Positions 13,385 through 21,969 of a stretch of DNA of 64,000 nt are shown here, piece after piece. The position numbers and the translations under genes were made by a program. How positions within the stretch are numbered: the first letter of the stretch is position 1; the number at the start of each line of letters is the position of its first letter. The notes under the pieces are model-generated. The model saw only the letters and a program-made list of their open reading frames with translations. It searched no databases and was not told the DNA's origin. This DNA is from Thermoanaerobaculia bacterium (lineage in GTDB: Bacteria > Acidobacteriota > Thermoanaerobaculia > UBA5066 > Gp7-AA6): contig DASXSX010000006.1 of NCBI GenBank assembly GCA_036505815.1, positions 9,274 to 73,273 of the forward strand, written 5' to 3'.

Positions 13385-13435
13385 GTGGCAAGTGGAGACC
13401 TGACCCTCGATGTGGCAAGTGGAGACCTGACCCTC
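13385..13435. repeat. Exact tandem duplication of a 24-nt motif, GTGGCAAGTGGAGACCTGACCCTC, two copies with a 27-nt period. It lies in the aroC<->helicase divergent intergenic region and ends 6 nt before the helicase ATG.
   Basis: Seen directly in the sequence. A third copy with one substitution lies at ~38837-38861. Coordinates are +/-1 nt. Confidence 0.8.
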
Positions 13436-13441
13436 ATCAAG

Positions 13442-15481
13442 ATGACCCCCATTAAGAAGTACGTCCTCAAGACGCCGGTCGGGGCAAAGACCTACCGGGT
13501 CGACTACGACCGGGAGCTGAACGAAGAGCAGCGGCAGGTCGTGCTCGCCGGCGGCGGGCCGATCCTCGTCATTGCCGGCGCGGGGTCGGGAAAGACGCGC
13601 ACCCTCGTCTACCGAGTCGCGCGGCTGATCGAATCCGGTACCGACCCGTCGCGCATCATGCTGCTGACCTTCACGAACAAGGCGGCGCGCGAGATGCTGC
13701 GGCGGGTCGAGAGCCTCCTTTCCGTCGACACCCGCCGGTTGATGGGCGGCACGTTTCACTCGGTCGGGAGCCGGTTGCTGCGGCGCTTCGGAAGCCGTGT
13801 CGGGCTCTCGCCCAACTTCACGATCTTAGACGAAGAAGACTCCCGCGAGATGTTCGATGCCGCGACGTCGGACCTGAAGGTCCAGACGCTCGAGAAGCGC
13901 TTTCCGAAGGGGGACGTCCTCTCGGACCTCTACTCCTTCACGATCAACACCGGACGCCCCTTCCCGGAGGTCCTCGCCGAGCGCGCGCCGCACTTCGTTG
14001 CCCTCGAGCAGGAGATCGTGCGGGTCTTCCAGCGGTACCAGGAACGCAAACGTGCCGGCAACGCGTGCGACTACGACGACCTCCTCCTCTCCTGGAAACG
14101 GCTCCTCGCGGAGGCCCCCGAAGTCGCCGCGCAGCTCGCCGCGTCCTACGACCACGTCCTCGTGGACGAGTACCAGGACACGAACCACCTGCAGGGCGAG
14201 ATCGTCGACGGCATGGGGAAGATCCGCCGGAACGTCGCGGTGGTCGGCGACGACGCGCAGGCGATCTACTCCTTCCGCGGCGCGTCGTTCGCGAACATCC
14301 TGGGGTTCCCGGAGCGGTATCCGGACGCGAAAGTCTTCCGCCTGACGCTCAACTATCGCTCGACGCCGGAGATCCTCGGGCTCGCCAATGCCTCGATCGC
14401 GCACAACCAGAAGCAGTTCGAGAAGGATCTGCGCGCCTGTCGCGGCGAAGGGCCGCTGCCCGCGGTCGTTCCGCTCGCCGACGTTTCCGAGCAGGCCCGG
14501 TTCATCGCGCAGCGGCTTCTGGAGTGGCACGACGAGGGGGACGCGCTCGCGGACCTCGCGGTCCTCTACCGCGCCCACTACCAGGCGCTCGAGCTCCAGA
14601 TCGAGCTCACGCGCCGCGGCATCCCATACGAGATCCGCTCCGGCACGCGCTTCTTCGAGCAGCGCCACGTGAAGGACGTGCTTGCTTTTCTCAAGATCGT
14701 CGTCAACCCGAAGGACGAGCTCTCGTGGAAGCGGGCCCTGAAGATCTTCCCGCGGATCGGGGAGCGCTCCGCATCCGCCGTCTGGGGATCGATCGGGGGC
14801 GCCGCCGATCCTCTGATCGCGTTCCGCTCGCTCGAGTCGGCGCCCACCCTGCCGCGCGGCGCGGAAGCGGCATTAAAGCCGTTTCGTTCGCTCGTCGGCC
14901 GTCTCGACTCGCCGTCGCTGCGTTCGTCTCCGGCCGAGGCGATCCGGTTCGTGGTCGAGTCGGTCTATTCCGACTACGCGCGCGCGAAGTTCCCCAACGG
15001 AGAGGCGCGGCTGGACGACCTCGAGCAGCTCGCTCAGTTCGCGCAGACCTACGAGTCGCTTCCCGGCTTCCTCGAAGAGGTCACGCTCTTCAACGAGCTG
15101 TCGGGGGAAGACGTCGCCGCGGGAGAGCCGTCGGACGACCGGGTCGTCCTATCCTCGGTTCACCAGGCCAAGGGGCTCGAGTGGAGCCGCGTCGTCGTGA
15201 TGTGGCTCTCGGAGGGGCGCTTTCCCAGCTACCGCGCGGCGGTCACCGAGGAGGGACTCGAGGAGGAACGGAGGCTCTTCTACGTCGCGGTCACGCGCGC
15301 GAAGAACGAGGTCGCGCTCACCTATCCGATGCTCGCCCGCGACCGCTACGGAGTCGACGTCATCCTGGAGCCCTCCCGGTTCGTCTCGGAGCTGCCCGAG
15401 GACGTCTCCGAGCGCTGGACGGTGGAGCTCGAAGCGGAGGCGCCGGTAGAGGATCCGAAGAGGCCGGAGCCCGTGAACTGA
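13442..15481 (+). CDS. uvrD: UvrD/PcrA/Rep-family superfamily-1A ATP-dependent DNA helicase.
   Basis: LNEEQRQVVLAGGGPILVIAGAGSGKTRTLVYRVARLI...TFTNKAAREM..., DEYQDTN, VGDDAQAIYSFRGA and a C-terminal VTRAK motif, ~679 aa. The ATG MTPIKK comes after the repeat pair. The ORF-track start at 12188 is a read-through that is antisense to aroC. Confidence 0.85.
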   Translation: MTPIKKYVLKTPVGAKTYRVDYDRELNEEQRQVVLAGGGPILVIAGAGSGKTRTLVYRVARLIESGTDPSRIMLLTFTNKAAREMLRRVESLLSVDTRRLMGGTFHSVGSRLLRRFGSRVGLSPNFTILDEEDSREMFDAATSDLKVQTLEKRFPKGDVLSDLYSFTINTGRPFPEVLAERAPHFVALEQEIVRVFQRYQERKRAGNACDYDDLLLSWKRLLAEAPEVAAQLAASYDHVLVDEYQDTNHLQGEIVDGMGKIRRNVAVVGDDAQAIYSFRGASFANILGFPERYPDAKVFRLTLNYRSTPEILGLANASIAHNQKQFEKDLRACRGEGPLPAVVPLADVSEQARFIAQRLLEWHDEGDALADLAVLYRAHYQALELQIELTRRGIPYEIRSGTRFFEQRHVKDVLAFLKIVVNPKDELSWKRALKIFPRIGERSASAVWGSIGGAADPLIAFRSLESAPTLPRGAEAALKPFRSLVGRLDSPSLRSSPAEAIRFVVESVYSDYARAKFPNGEARLDDLEQLAQFAQTYESLPGFLEEVTLFNELSGEDVAAGEPSDDRVVLSSVHQAKGLEWSRVVVMWLSEGRFPSYRAAVTEEGLEEERRLFYVAVTRAKNEVALTYPMLARDRYGVDVILEPSRFVSELPEDVSERWTVELEAEAPVEDPKRPEPVN

Positions 15482-15533
15482 GCTTCTCCGCCCGGCGCCC
15501 TGGCGCGCTGTGCGAAAATGATCGTGCGCGCGA

Positions 15534-16061
15534 ATGAGAGCAGACGACCTCTACGCCGCCATCTGCCGGGAAGCCCTGGAGTCCCGACAGCGCGACGTCA
15601 TGTCCTTCGTGGACAACGGAATGTCCGGAATGTCCGCACGTCTGGAGAAGACGCTGATCCGGCTTGCCGGAGGGCATTATCTGCTCGGCCTCGGTCCCTA
15701 CAACGCCGGGCTCGTTCGTCTCGACTTCGAGGAGCTCCTGATCGGCCGCGAGGTGCCAGAGTTCATCGGGGTCGGGATGCCGGTCTCCGGGTTCCGCGTG
15801 TCCTCTCCCGATGCGTTTCTGAACACCGAGGTGTCGCGCCTGCACGCCAAGCTCGTCCGCCGGCTCGCCACCGATGGACCTCACTACCTCCTCGTCGACA
15901 TGCGCTCGACGTGCGGGACGTACCTGAACGGCGACCCGGTGCCGCAGCCCGACGACCTCGGCGGGGCCTCGGAAGAGGATTGCGCGCGCCCGCTCATCTC
16001 GGGAGACTTCTTCTCGCTCGGCCCTTCGGCCGTCAATCTCTTTCTGTTCTTCCAGAAGTGA
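15534..16061 (+). CDS. FHA (forkhead-associated) domain protein.
   Basis: The C-terminal half matches the FHA fold signature (GREVPEFIGVGMPVSGFRVSSPDAFLNTEVSRLHAKLVR...YLLVDMRSTCGTYLNGDPV). Confidence 0.7.
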   Translation: MRADDLYAAICREALESRQRDVMSFVDNGMSGMSARLEKTLIRLAGGHYLLGLGPYNAGLVRLDFEELLIGREVPEFIGVGMPVSGFRVSSPDAFLNTEVSRLHAKLVRRLATDGPHYLLVDMRSTCGTYLNGDPVPQPDDLGGASEEDCARPLISGDFFSLGPSAVNLFLFFQK

Positions 16062-17851
16062 CCCCTCCGGGGCGACCCGGGAAAGCCGCGGCACTCGTCG
16101 TCGGCTGTGGCGTCGCCTTCGTCGTCGCGGTGAACGGAGTGCGCTGGATCCGCCCGGCGCTGCTCTGCGACCCGGACCCCTCCTGGACGGTACCCCGACT
16201 CCTCCTCTGGCTGGGCCTCGCGAGCGCCACGGTGTGTTCCGGCGGGCTCGCGGCGGCGGCCTTCGTCCTCTGGTGTCGGCCGTGGCTGGTTCGAGTCGCG
16301 CCGGGGCCGCTGCCTCTGTCCCGCTCCGGCGCGGTTGTGCTCGCGACGACGGCGCTCGCAATCGGTCTCTTCCTGCGCGCCGTCTGGCTCTCGAAGTTGC
16401 CCTTTCCATTCATGGGCGACGAGGTGAATCTGATCGGACCCAGCCTCGCGCTGACCGGGACCTGGCGGGACTTCACCAATTCGATCCGGTCGATCCCTTA
16501 TGGGGTCCCCGATCCGCACGAGGTCATCGGCGTCCTCTATCTGCGCCTCTTTCGCGGTGTCCTGCAGCTCTTCGGGACGACCATGACCGGAGTCCGATTC
16601 CTCTCCCTCGCCGGCGGCGTTCTCTCTCTCGTTACGGGAACGCTCCTCGGCCGGGCCCTGCTGCCTCGGGGGGGAGGCGCTCTCACGGCTCTCGTCCTCG
16701 CCGGGCTGCGATGGCATCTGATCCTTTCGCGCAATGGCTGGCATTTGATCCTGGTCGCGGCAATGGCGGATGCGGCGACGCTCTTGCTGCTTCGCTCCCG
16801 CCGCACCGGGCGGGCCGCTCCCGCGGCGGCGGCGGGCCTGCTTCTCGGAACCGCTGCGCACTTACACATCGCGGCATGGGTGCCGGCGGCCGCCCTGGTC
16901 GCGTTTTGCGTCTGGCCGGCGCTCCCGGCGGAAGAAGCGCGTCCGCGCGTGCGCCGGCTGCTCGCGTGCAGCGCGGCACTACTCCTCGCCGCTGCGCCGT
17001 TGTTCCTCCTGCGCGAGGGACGCGCGATCGGTTACTTCGGCCGCACGGCGCGCCACAACGTCTTTCTCGAGATGCGATACACGAAGTCCCTGCTGCCCCC
17101 CTTCGCCGTGGCGGCCGACGCGCTGGTGGCCCCGTGGCTCCTTTCCGAACCGGCGGGTTGGATCGACCTGCCCGGCCGCTCCCGACTCGGCTGGATCATC
17201 GGCGTGCCAGTGGCAATCGCCCTCGTGCGCTCGCTCGTGTTTCCGCGACTGGAGCTGTCCGGGCTCCTCCTCCTCCACGCCGGCACGGCCTGCGCAGCAG
17301 CGACGGCGGGAGGCCAGGCCGGGCATCCGCACGGATTCCGCTTCGGCTATCTGACCACGGTGACCGCGGTCGCCGCGGCCGCGGGCATACTTCAGATCGT
17401 CCATCTCGCTCGTCCACGCTTCCGTCGCGCCGCGGCGATCGGGGCAGTCGGTCTCGTGGCGGCGAGTGGCGCTGCCGGAGCGCGCGACGCGCTGCTTCGA
17501 TGGCCGGAAGAGCGTTCGACCTTCGACGGCTATCACGGCGAGGACACCTTGATCGGACGCGTGGCGGCCCGATGGGAGACCCAGGGAAGCCTCCTGATCG
17601 AGCCGGCGCTCGGACGGTCGGACGCGACGATCGACACGGTCCGTCGGTTTCATCTGGATCCGGAGTGGAAAAGCCCGTCCCCGTCGGTTCCGCGTGAAGG
17701 CCGGCGCTCCGATCCACCCTTCCCGAAACGCTTTCGCGTGGCGGCGGTGCGCGCCCGCGCGGCAACGGGTGAGCACCTCGTCGAGACGGTACGCGATGGA
17801 TGGAGCCGCGAGTGGGCCGTAGTGTTCGGCCGAGCTCTCCGGGGATCCTGA
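16058..17851 (+). CDS. GT-C-fold polytopic glycosyltransferase, ArnT/PMT (GT83/GT39)-like, with a DE motif in the first periplasmic loop and a C-terminal soluble domain.
   Basis: ~598 aa with >=10 predicted TM helices. The first loop reads FPFMGDEVNLIGPSLALTGTWRD. The N-terminus is Arg-rich. GTG at 16058 overlaps the FHA stop (GTGA). It is a paralog of the next gene. Confidence 0.5.
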   Translation: MTPPGRPGKAAALVVGCGVAFVVAVNGVRWIRPALLCDPDPSWTVPRLLLWLGLASATVCSGGLAAAAFVLWCRPWLVRVAPGPLPLSRSGAVVLATTALAIGLFLRAVWLSKLPFPFMGDEVNLIGPSLALTGTWRDFTNSIRSIPYGVPDPHEVIGVLYLRLFRGVLQLFGTTMTGVRFLSLAGGVLSLVTGTLLGRALLPRGGGALTALVLAGLRWHLILSRNGWHLILVAAMADAATLLLLRSRRTGRAAPAAAAGLLLGTAAHLHIAAWVPAAALVAFCVWPALPAEEARPRVRRLLACSAALLLAAAPLFLLREGRAIGYFGRTARHNVFLEMRYTKSLLPPFAVAADALVAPWLLSEPAGWIDLPGRSRLGWIIGVPVAIALVRSLVFPRLELSGLLLLHAGTACAAATAGGQAGHPHGFRFGYLTTVTAVAAAAGILQIVHLARPRFRRAAAIGAVGLVAASGAAGARDALLRWPEERSTFDGYHGEDTLIGRVAARWETQGSLLIEPALGRSDATIDTVRRFHLDPEWKSPSPSVPREGRRSDPPFPKRFRVAAVRARAATGEHLVETVRDGWSREWAVVFGRALRGS

Positions 17852-19773
17852 CTCCCTTGCCCTCCGCCCTCCGTTCCGCCCGACGCTCCGCGCTCCTCGT
17901 CGGCGGCGCCGTCTCCCTGGTCGTCGCGGTGCGCCTCGTCGAAGCGATCCGGCCCGCGCTGCTCCTCGACCCGGACCCGGCGTGGCTTCCCGCCCGGTTG
18001 CTCCTGTGGATCGCCTTTCTCTCGGGAACCGCGGCGTCGGGCGCGCTCGCTGGCGGCCTCTTCTTTCTCTGGGCTCGAAGCCGCTTCCTTCCGGATGCGC
18101 CACAACCGCTCCCGTTCCGCTCGACGACGCTTCTTCTCCTCGCCATCGGCGCTCTTGCGGCGGGCGCGCTCTTCCGATTCGGGTGGCTCGACTCACTTCC
18201 GGTTCCCCTCTGGCTCGACGACGTCTCATTGATCTCACCGACCCTCGCGCTCGAGGGAACCTGGCGCGATTTCGCCAACTCGATCCGTCCGGCGCCCTAC
18301 GGCGTCGCGCAGCCGTTCGGCAGCGTCGGCGTGCTCTACCTCGAGTTCTACCGACTCTGCCTGAAGCTCGCCGGAACGACGGTGTTCGGAGTGCGGCTGC
18401 CGTCCGCGCTCGCGGGCGCCGTCTCGGTGGCAACGGCGATGATCCTGGGCCGCGCGCTGCTCCCGCGGGGAGGCGGCGTCCTCGCCGGACTGGCTCTCGC
18501 GGGCATGCGTTGGAGCCTGATCCTGTCGCGCTGGGGCTGGAACGCGATCGTGCTCGCGCCGGTCTTGGACGTCGCCGCGCTCATCCTGCTCGCGGCGCGC
18601 CGGCGGTGGAGTCTCGCTCTCGCGGCCGTTGCGGGAGTCGTCGCCGGGCTCTCGACCCACATCTATCTGGCAGCCTGGGTCGGTTCGGCGGCGCTCTTTC
18701 TTCTCGCCCTGTGGCCGCCGGCTCCGAAGGAGGGGAAGCCGTGGCGGCCCGCTCTGGCGCTCGCCTTCGCGATCGGCCTCGCCGTCGCCGCCTCGCCGGT
18801 CTTTCTTCTCGCGAAGGGAAGGACTTCACCCTACTTCGCGCGGGCTTCCGACCACAACGTCGCCCTCGAAGTTCGCCGGGCTCGCTCGATCCTCCCGCTC
18901 CTGGGGGTGGCCGCCGACGCGCTGGCTTCACCCTGGTTCCTGCCCGACCCCACGCCACGCCACGACCTCCCGGGGCGGGCGCGTCTCGGCTGGATCGCGG
19001 GCTCGTTCTTCGCGGTGGCCCTGGCGTACGCGGTCGTCCATCCCCGCCGGGACTTCTCGGCGTTCCTCCTCGCGCACGCGGCGGCCGCTTTTGCGGCGAC
19101 GGTCGCGGGAGGCCGCGCGACCACGCCGAACGGCTACCGCTTCGGCTATCTCTCGAACGTCGCCGCGGTGGCGGCGGCGGGAGGCGCGCTTCTCTTGCTC
19201 GGAATCGTGCGCCCGCCGCGCCGGCAGTACGCCGCCATCGCGCTGACGGGGCTTCTCGGCGTGGCGTCCTTCGCCGGCGCCCGCGACGCCGTGATCGGGT
19301 GGGCGGGCTCGCGGGCGACCTTCGACGATTTCTGGGGACAGGACACGCTTCTCGCGCGCGCCGCGGCGCGGTGGGATCTCTACGGAGCGGTCGACCTCGA
19401 TCTGTCGCTCGGCCAGAACCCGCTGACGATGGAGGGGGCGCGGAGGTATCGCCTGGATCCGGACCGGGACGCGGGACACGGGACACGCGACACGGACCGT
19501 CCGGCCAATCGGAGTTTCCGCATCGTGGCGCCGGGAACGCTGGCCGGCGCGGGAGAAAGGCTCGTCGAGAGAGTCGGAGACGCCTGGGGAAGAGAGTGGG
19601 GCTGGATTTACGGAAAGCGAACCGGAAGCTCGTCGGCAACCGGCGCGGACGCCCTCGGGGCCGCCACTGCGCGCGCGAGAACTTCTTCGTTCACTTCGAA
19701 GACCGACGGCCGAATTTCCTGGAAGCCCTCACGCGGGTCCCAGATGCCCATGGTGCGCAGGGGTGGCCGGTAA
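17800..19773 (+). CDS. GT-C-fold glycosyltransferase, tandem paralog of 16058..17851. Its first loop reads PVPLWLDDVSLISPTLALEGTWRD.
   Basis: Long aligned blocks with the upstream gene (e.g. ...GRALLPRGGG...LAG(L/M)RW(H/S)LILSR(N/W)GW...). The start is uncertain. The 3' ~165 nt convergently overlaps the CDO-like gene, and an (GGGACAC)n heptamer repeat sits at ~19462-19500. Confidence 0.45.
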   Translation: MEPRVGRSVRPSSPGILTPLPSALRSARRSALLVGGAVSLVVAVRLVEAIRPALLLDPDPAWLPARLLLWIAFLSGTAASGALAGGLFFLWARSRFLPDAPQPLPFRSTTLLLLAIGALAAGALFRFGWLDSLPVPLWLDDVSLISPTLALEGTWRDFANSIRPAPYGVAQPFGSVGVLYLEFYRLCLKLAGTTVFGVRLPSALAGAVSVATAMILGRALLPRGGGVLAGLALAGMRWSLILSRWGWNAIVLAPVLDVAALILLAARRRWSLALAAVAGVVAGLSTHIYLAAWVGSAALFLLALWPPAPKEGKPWRPALALAFAIGLAVAASPVFLLAKGRTSPYFARASDHNVALEVRRARSILPLLGVAADALASPWFLPDPTPRHDLPGRARLGWIAGSFFAVALAYAVVHPRRDFSAFLLAHAAAAFAATVAGGRATTPNGYRFGYLSNVAAVAAAGGALLLLGIVRPPRRQYAAIALTGLLGVASFAGARDAVIGWAGSRATFDDFWGQDTLLARAAARWDLYGAVDLDLSLGQNPLTMEGARRYRLDPDRDAGHGTRDTDRPANRSFRIVAPGTLAGAGERLVERVGDAWGREWGWIYGKRTGSSSATGADALGAATARARTSSFTSKTDGRISWKPSRGSQMPMVRRGGR

Positions 19774-20186
19774 ATGTGGAGCGAGACCGATCGCGAGCGC
19801 GGAATCAGGCGGTGCAGGACGGTGGGGCCGGTCTCGGAGAGATCGCCTTCGGGACGCACGCGCGAGTCGGCGAGCTGCGGCAGGTCCTCCGGCGCCGTAA
19901 ATCGCTCCTCGACGACCGTGCCGGACAGGATCGCCATGCCGCCGAGCACCCCGCGGTGATCGTGAATCGGCGTAGTCTGGCCCGCCTCCCAGCCGATCAC
20001 CATGACCTCCCAATCCTCCCAGAGGAGAACGGGGTGGCGGACGTAGTGGAGGGGATCGAAGCGGACGCGCTCGAGATATCGGTCGGCCTCCTGCGCGAGG
20101 CACCGGGCCAGGCTCGCGGGGGTCGGACGCTCGGGCCCGACGGCGTGCTCGATCAAGACCTCGCGAACGATCTCGGAGAAGTTCAT
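19608..20186 (-). CDS. Cysteine dioxygenase type I-like cupin (CDO / 3-mercaptopropionate dioxygenase family).
   Basis: WEAGQTTPIHDHRGV...LHIYRPPL matches the cupin metal-binding pattern. 192 aa, ATG at 20186. Confidence 0.6.
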   Translation of the reverse strand: MNFSEIVREVLIEHAVGPERPTPASLARCLAQEADRYLERVRFDPLHYVRHPVLLWEDWEVMVIGWEAGQTTPIHDHRGVLGGMAILSGTVVEERFTAPEDLPQLADSRVRPEGDLSETGPTVLHRLIPRSRSVSLHIYRPPLRTMGIWDPREGFQEIRPSVFEVNEEVLARAVAAPRASAPVADELPVRFP

Positions 20187-20233
20187 GAAGGCAATTTTAT
20201 CTCACGCGCGGTGCTATCGTCCCGCCCGCCCGC

Positions 20234-21286
20234 ATGAGAATCGCTGTCGTCCCCGGCGACGGGATCGGCGTGGACGTCACGCGCGAAGCCGTGAAGGCCT
20301 TGGAGACGATCGCCCGGCTGAGGTCGCTTCCGTTCGAGCCGGTGTACTTCCCGTGGAGCGCCGATCACTACCTCGCGACTGGAGAGACGATTCCGCCGGG
20401 CGCCTTCGACGACCTCGCGCGCAACTTCGACGCGATCTTCATGGGAGCTTTCGGTGACCCGCGCGTGCCCGACATGCGACACGCGGCGGAGATTCTTCTG
20501 GGTGCGCGCTTCGCGCTCGACCTCTACATCAACTATCGGCCGGTCCGCTGCCTGGACGATCGGCTCTGCCCGCTGAAGGGATTCTCGGCTTCCGACGTCG
20601 ACTTCGTCGTTTTCCGGGAGAACACCGAGGGCGCCTACGTGGGCGCCGGCGGGAACTTCAAGAAGGGAACTTCCGAAGAAGTCGCGGTCCAGGAGGACCT
20701 CTCGACCCGAAAGGGCGTCGAGCGGATCGTGCGCTACGCCTTCGAGTACACGCGCTCCCACGGCCGTAAGCGCTTGGTGATGTCGGACAAGTCCAACGCT
20801 ATGCGCTTCGTGGGCGACCTGTGGCAGCGGGTGTTCTCCGAAGTCTCCCGCGAGTACCCCGACGTCGAGGCCTCGCATCTCTACATCGACGCCCTCTGCA
20901 TGCAGATGATCAAGGACCCCCGGCAGTTCGAGGTCATCGTGACCAACAACATGTTTGGGGACATCGCGACCGATCTCGGCGCCGCGCTCCAGGGTGGGCT
21001 GGGCATGGCGGCGTCAGGAAACATTCACCCCGGGCGGGTGTCCATGTTCGAGCCCGTGCATGGGTCGGCGCCCAAGTATGCGGGCACGGGACGCGCGAAC
21101 CCGTTCGGCGCGATCCTGACAGCGGCCCTCCTGCTCGAGCACCTCGGACACGCGACCGAAGCCGTTGCGCTCGAGGCCGCCGTCGCCCGCTGCGTCCGGG
21201 AAGGCCTCGCGACGGCCGACGTGGGGGGCTCGCTCTCGACCTCCGCCGCCGGGGACGCCGTCTGCGAAAGAATCGAGTTCGATTGA
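20234..21286 (+). CDS. 3-isopropylmalate dehydrogenase / tartrate dehydrogenase-family beta-decarboxylating dehydrogenase.
   Basis: MRIAVVPGDGIGVDV...FREN(T)EG(A)Y...NMFGDIATD...LGMAASGNI, 350 aa. Confidence 0.8.
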   Translation: MRIAVVPGDGIGVDVTREAVKALETIARLRSLPFEPVYFPWSADHYLATGETIPPGAFDDLARNFDAIFMGAFGDPRVPDMRHAAEILLGARFALDLYINYRPVRCLDDRLCPLKGFSASDVDFVVFRENTEGAYVGAGGNFKKGTSEEVAVQEDLSTRKGVERIVRYAFEYTRSHGRKRLVMSDKSNAMRFVGDLWQRVFSEVSREYPDVEASHLYIDALCMQMIKDPRQFEVIVTNNMFGDIATDLGAALQGGLGMAASGNIHPGRVSMFEPVHGSAPKYAGTGRANPFGAILTAALLLEHLGHATEAVALEAAVARCVREGLATADVGGSLSTSAAGDAVCERIEFD

Positions 21287-21330
21287 CGGCTCCCGGCTTG
21301 GTAGAATCGGACCACAAAGGAGAACAAGCA

Positions 21331-21912
21331 ATGGGGATTCTGACTCGTCGTTTCTACGGAATTTCGTTGGTCGCCGCTCTCGCTCTCGTGCTGCTCGCCT
21401 CGCCGGCTCTCGGCAAGGCCAAGAACTTTCTCGACTCCGATGACGCGAAGGAAGCCAACGAGCCCGCGAAGTTTCTTCCCGACTACGACAAGCTCACGAA
21501 GGGCAAGGACGCCGACTGGGTGTACTTCCCGGAAGGCAGCCTGAAGAAGTATCGGACCGTCTCGGTCAAGGAGTTCGTCGAGAACGGCAGGGGCCACGAG
21601 GCGCGGGAGGCCGCGCGCGCGGGCAAGGAGTACATGGAACAGTGGCTCGAAAAGGCGGGCTACAAGGTCACCGACAAGGGCGCGGAGCTAACGGTCGAAG
21701 GCAACGTGTTCAACGCCTGGCAGCCGGGGACTGGAGCGCGGATCTGGGGAGGCTGGATGGCCAACCCGGGGGTCGGCGTCGAAGTGCTGCTCAAGGACTC
21801 GAGCGGGAAGGTCGTCGGGGAGATCCGCCACAAGAACCGCGGCTCCACGATCGAGGACGCCGTCGAGAACGCCACCGAAGAGATTGCCAAGGCGATCGGA
21901 GACGGCCGCTAG
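21331..21912 (+). CDS. Hypothetical secreted protein of ~193 aa with a signal peptide.
   Basis: ATG at 21331 preceded by AAAGGAGAA. The N-terminus MGILTRRFYGISLVAALALVLLASPALG is signal-like. The ORF-track start at 20821 is a read-through. Confidence 0.5.
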   Translation: MGILTRRFYGISLVAALALVLLASPALGKAKNFLDSDDAKEANEPAKFLPDYDKLTKGKDADWVYFPEGSLKKYRTVSVKEFVENGRGHEAREAARAGKEYMEQWLEKAGYKVTDKGAELTVEGNVFNAWQPGTGARIWGGWMANPGVGVEVLLKDSSGKVVGEIRHKNRGSTIEDAVENATEEIAKAIGDGR

Positions 21913-21969
21913 CGTCCTCCCTGGAGACACGCCGGGCGAGGGGGCTCGGTCAGCAACCCTCTCGCAACA

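Noticed and set aside
13385-13435. CRISPR array or sigma54 promoter as explanations for the 24-nt repeat
   Set aside because: There are only two tandem copies with a 3-nt spacer and no cas genes, so it is not CRISPR. TGGCA is present in the motif, but the -12 TTGC element at the correct spacing is absent, so it is not sigma54.
13370-13462. 30-aa leader ORF (MGQAVRLQSGKWRPDPRCGKWRPDPHQDDPH) spanning the repeat pair
   Set aside because: SD-to-ATG spacing is too short (2-3 nt) and the peptide is a repeat translation. It is more parsimonious as non-coding.
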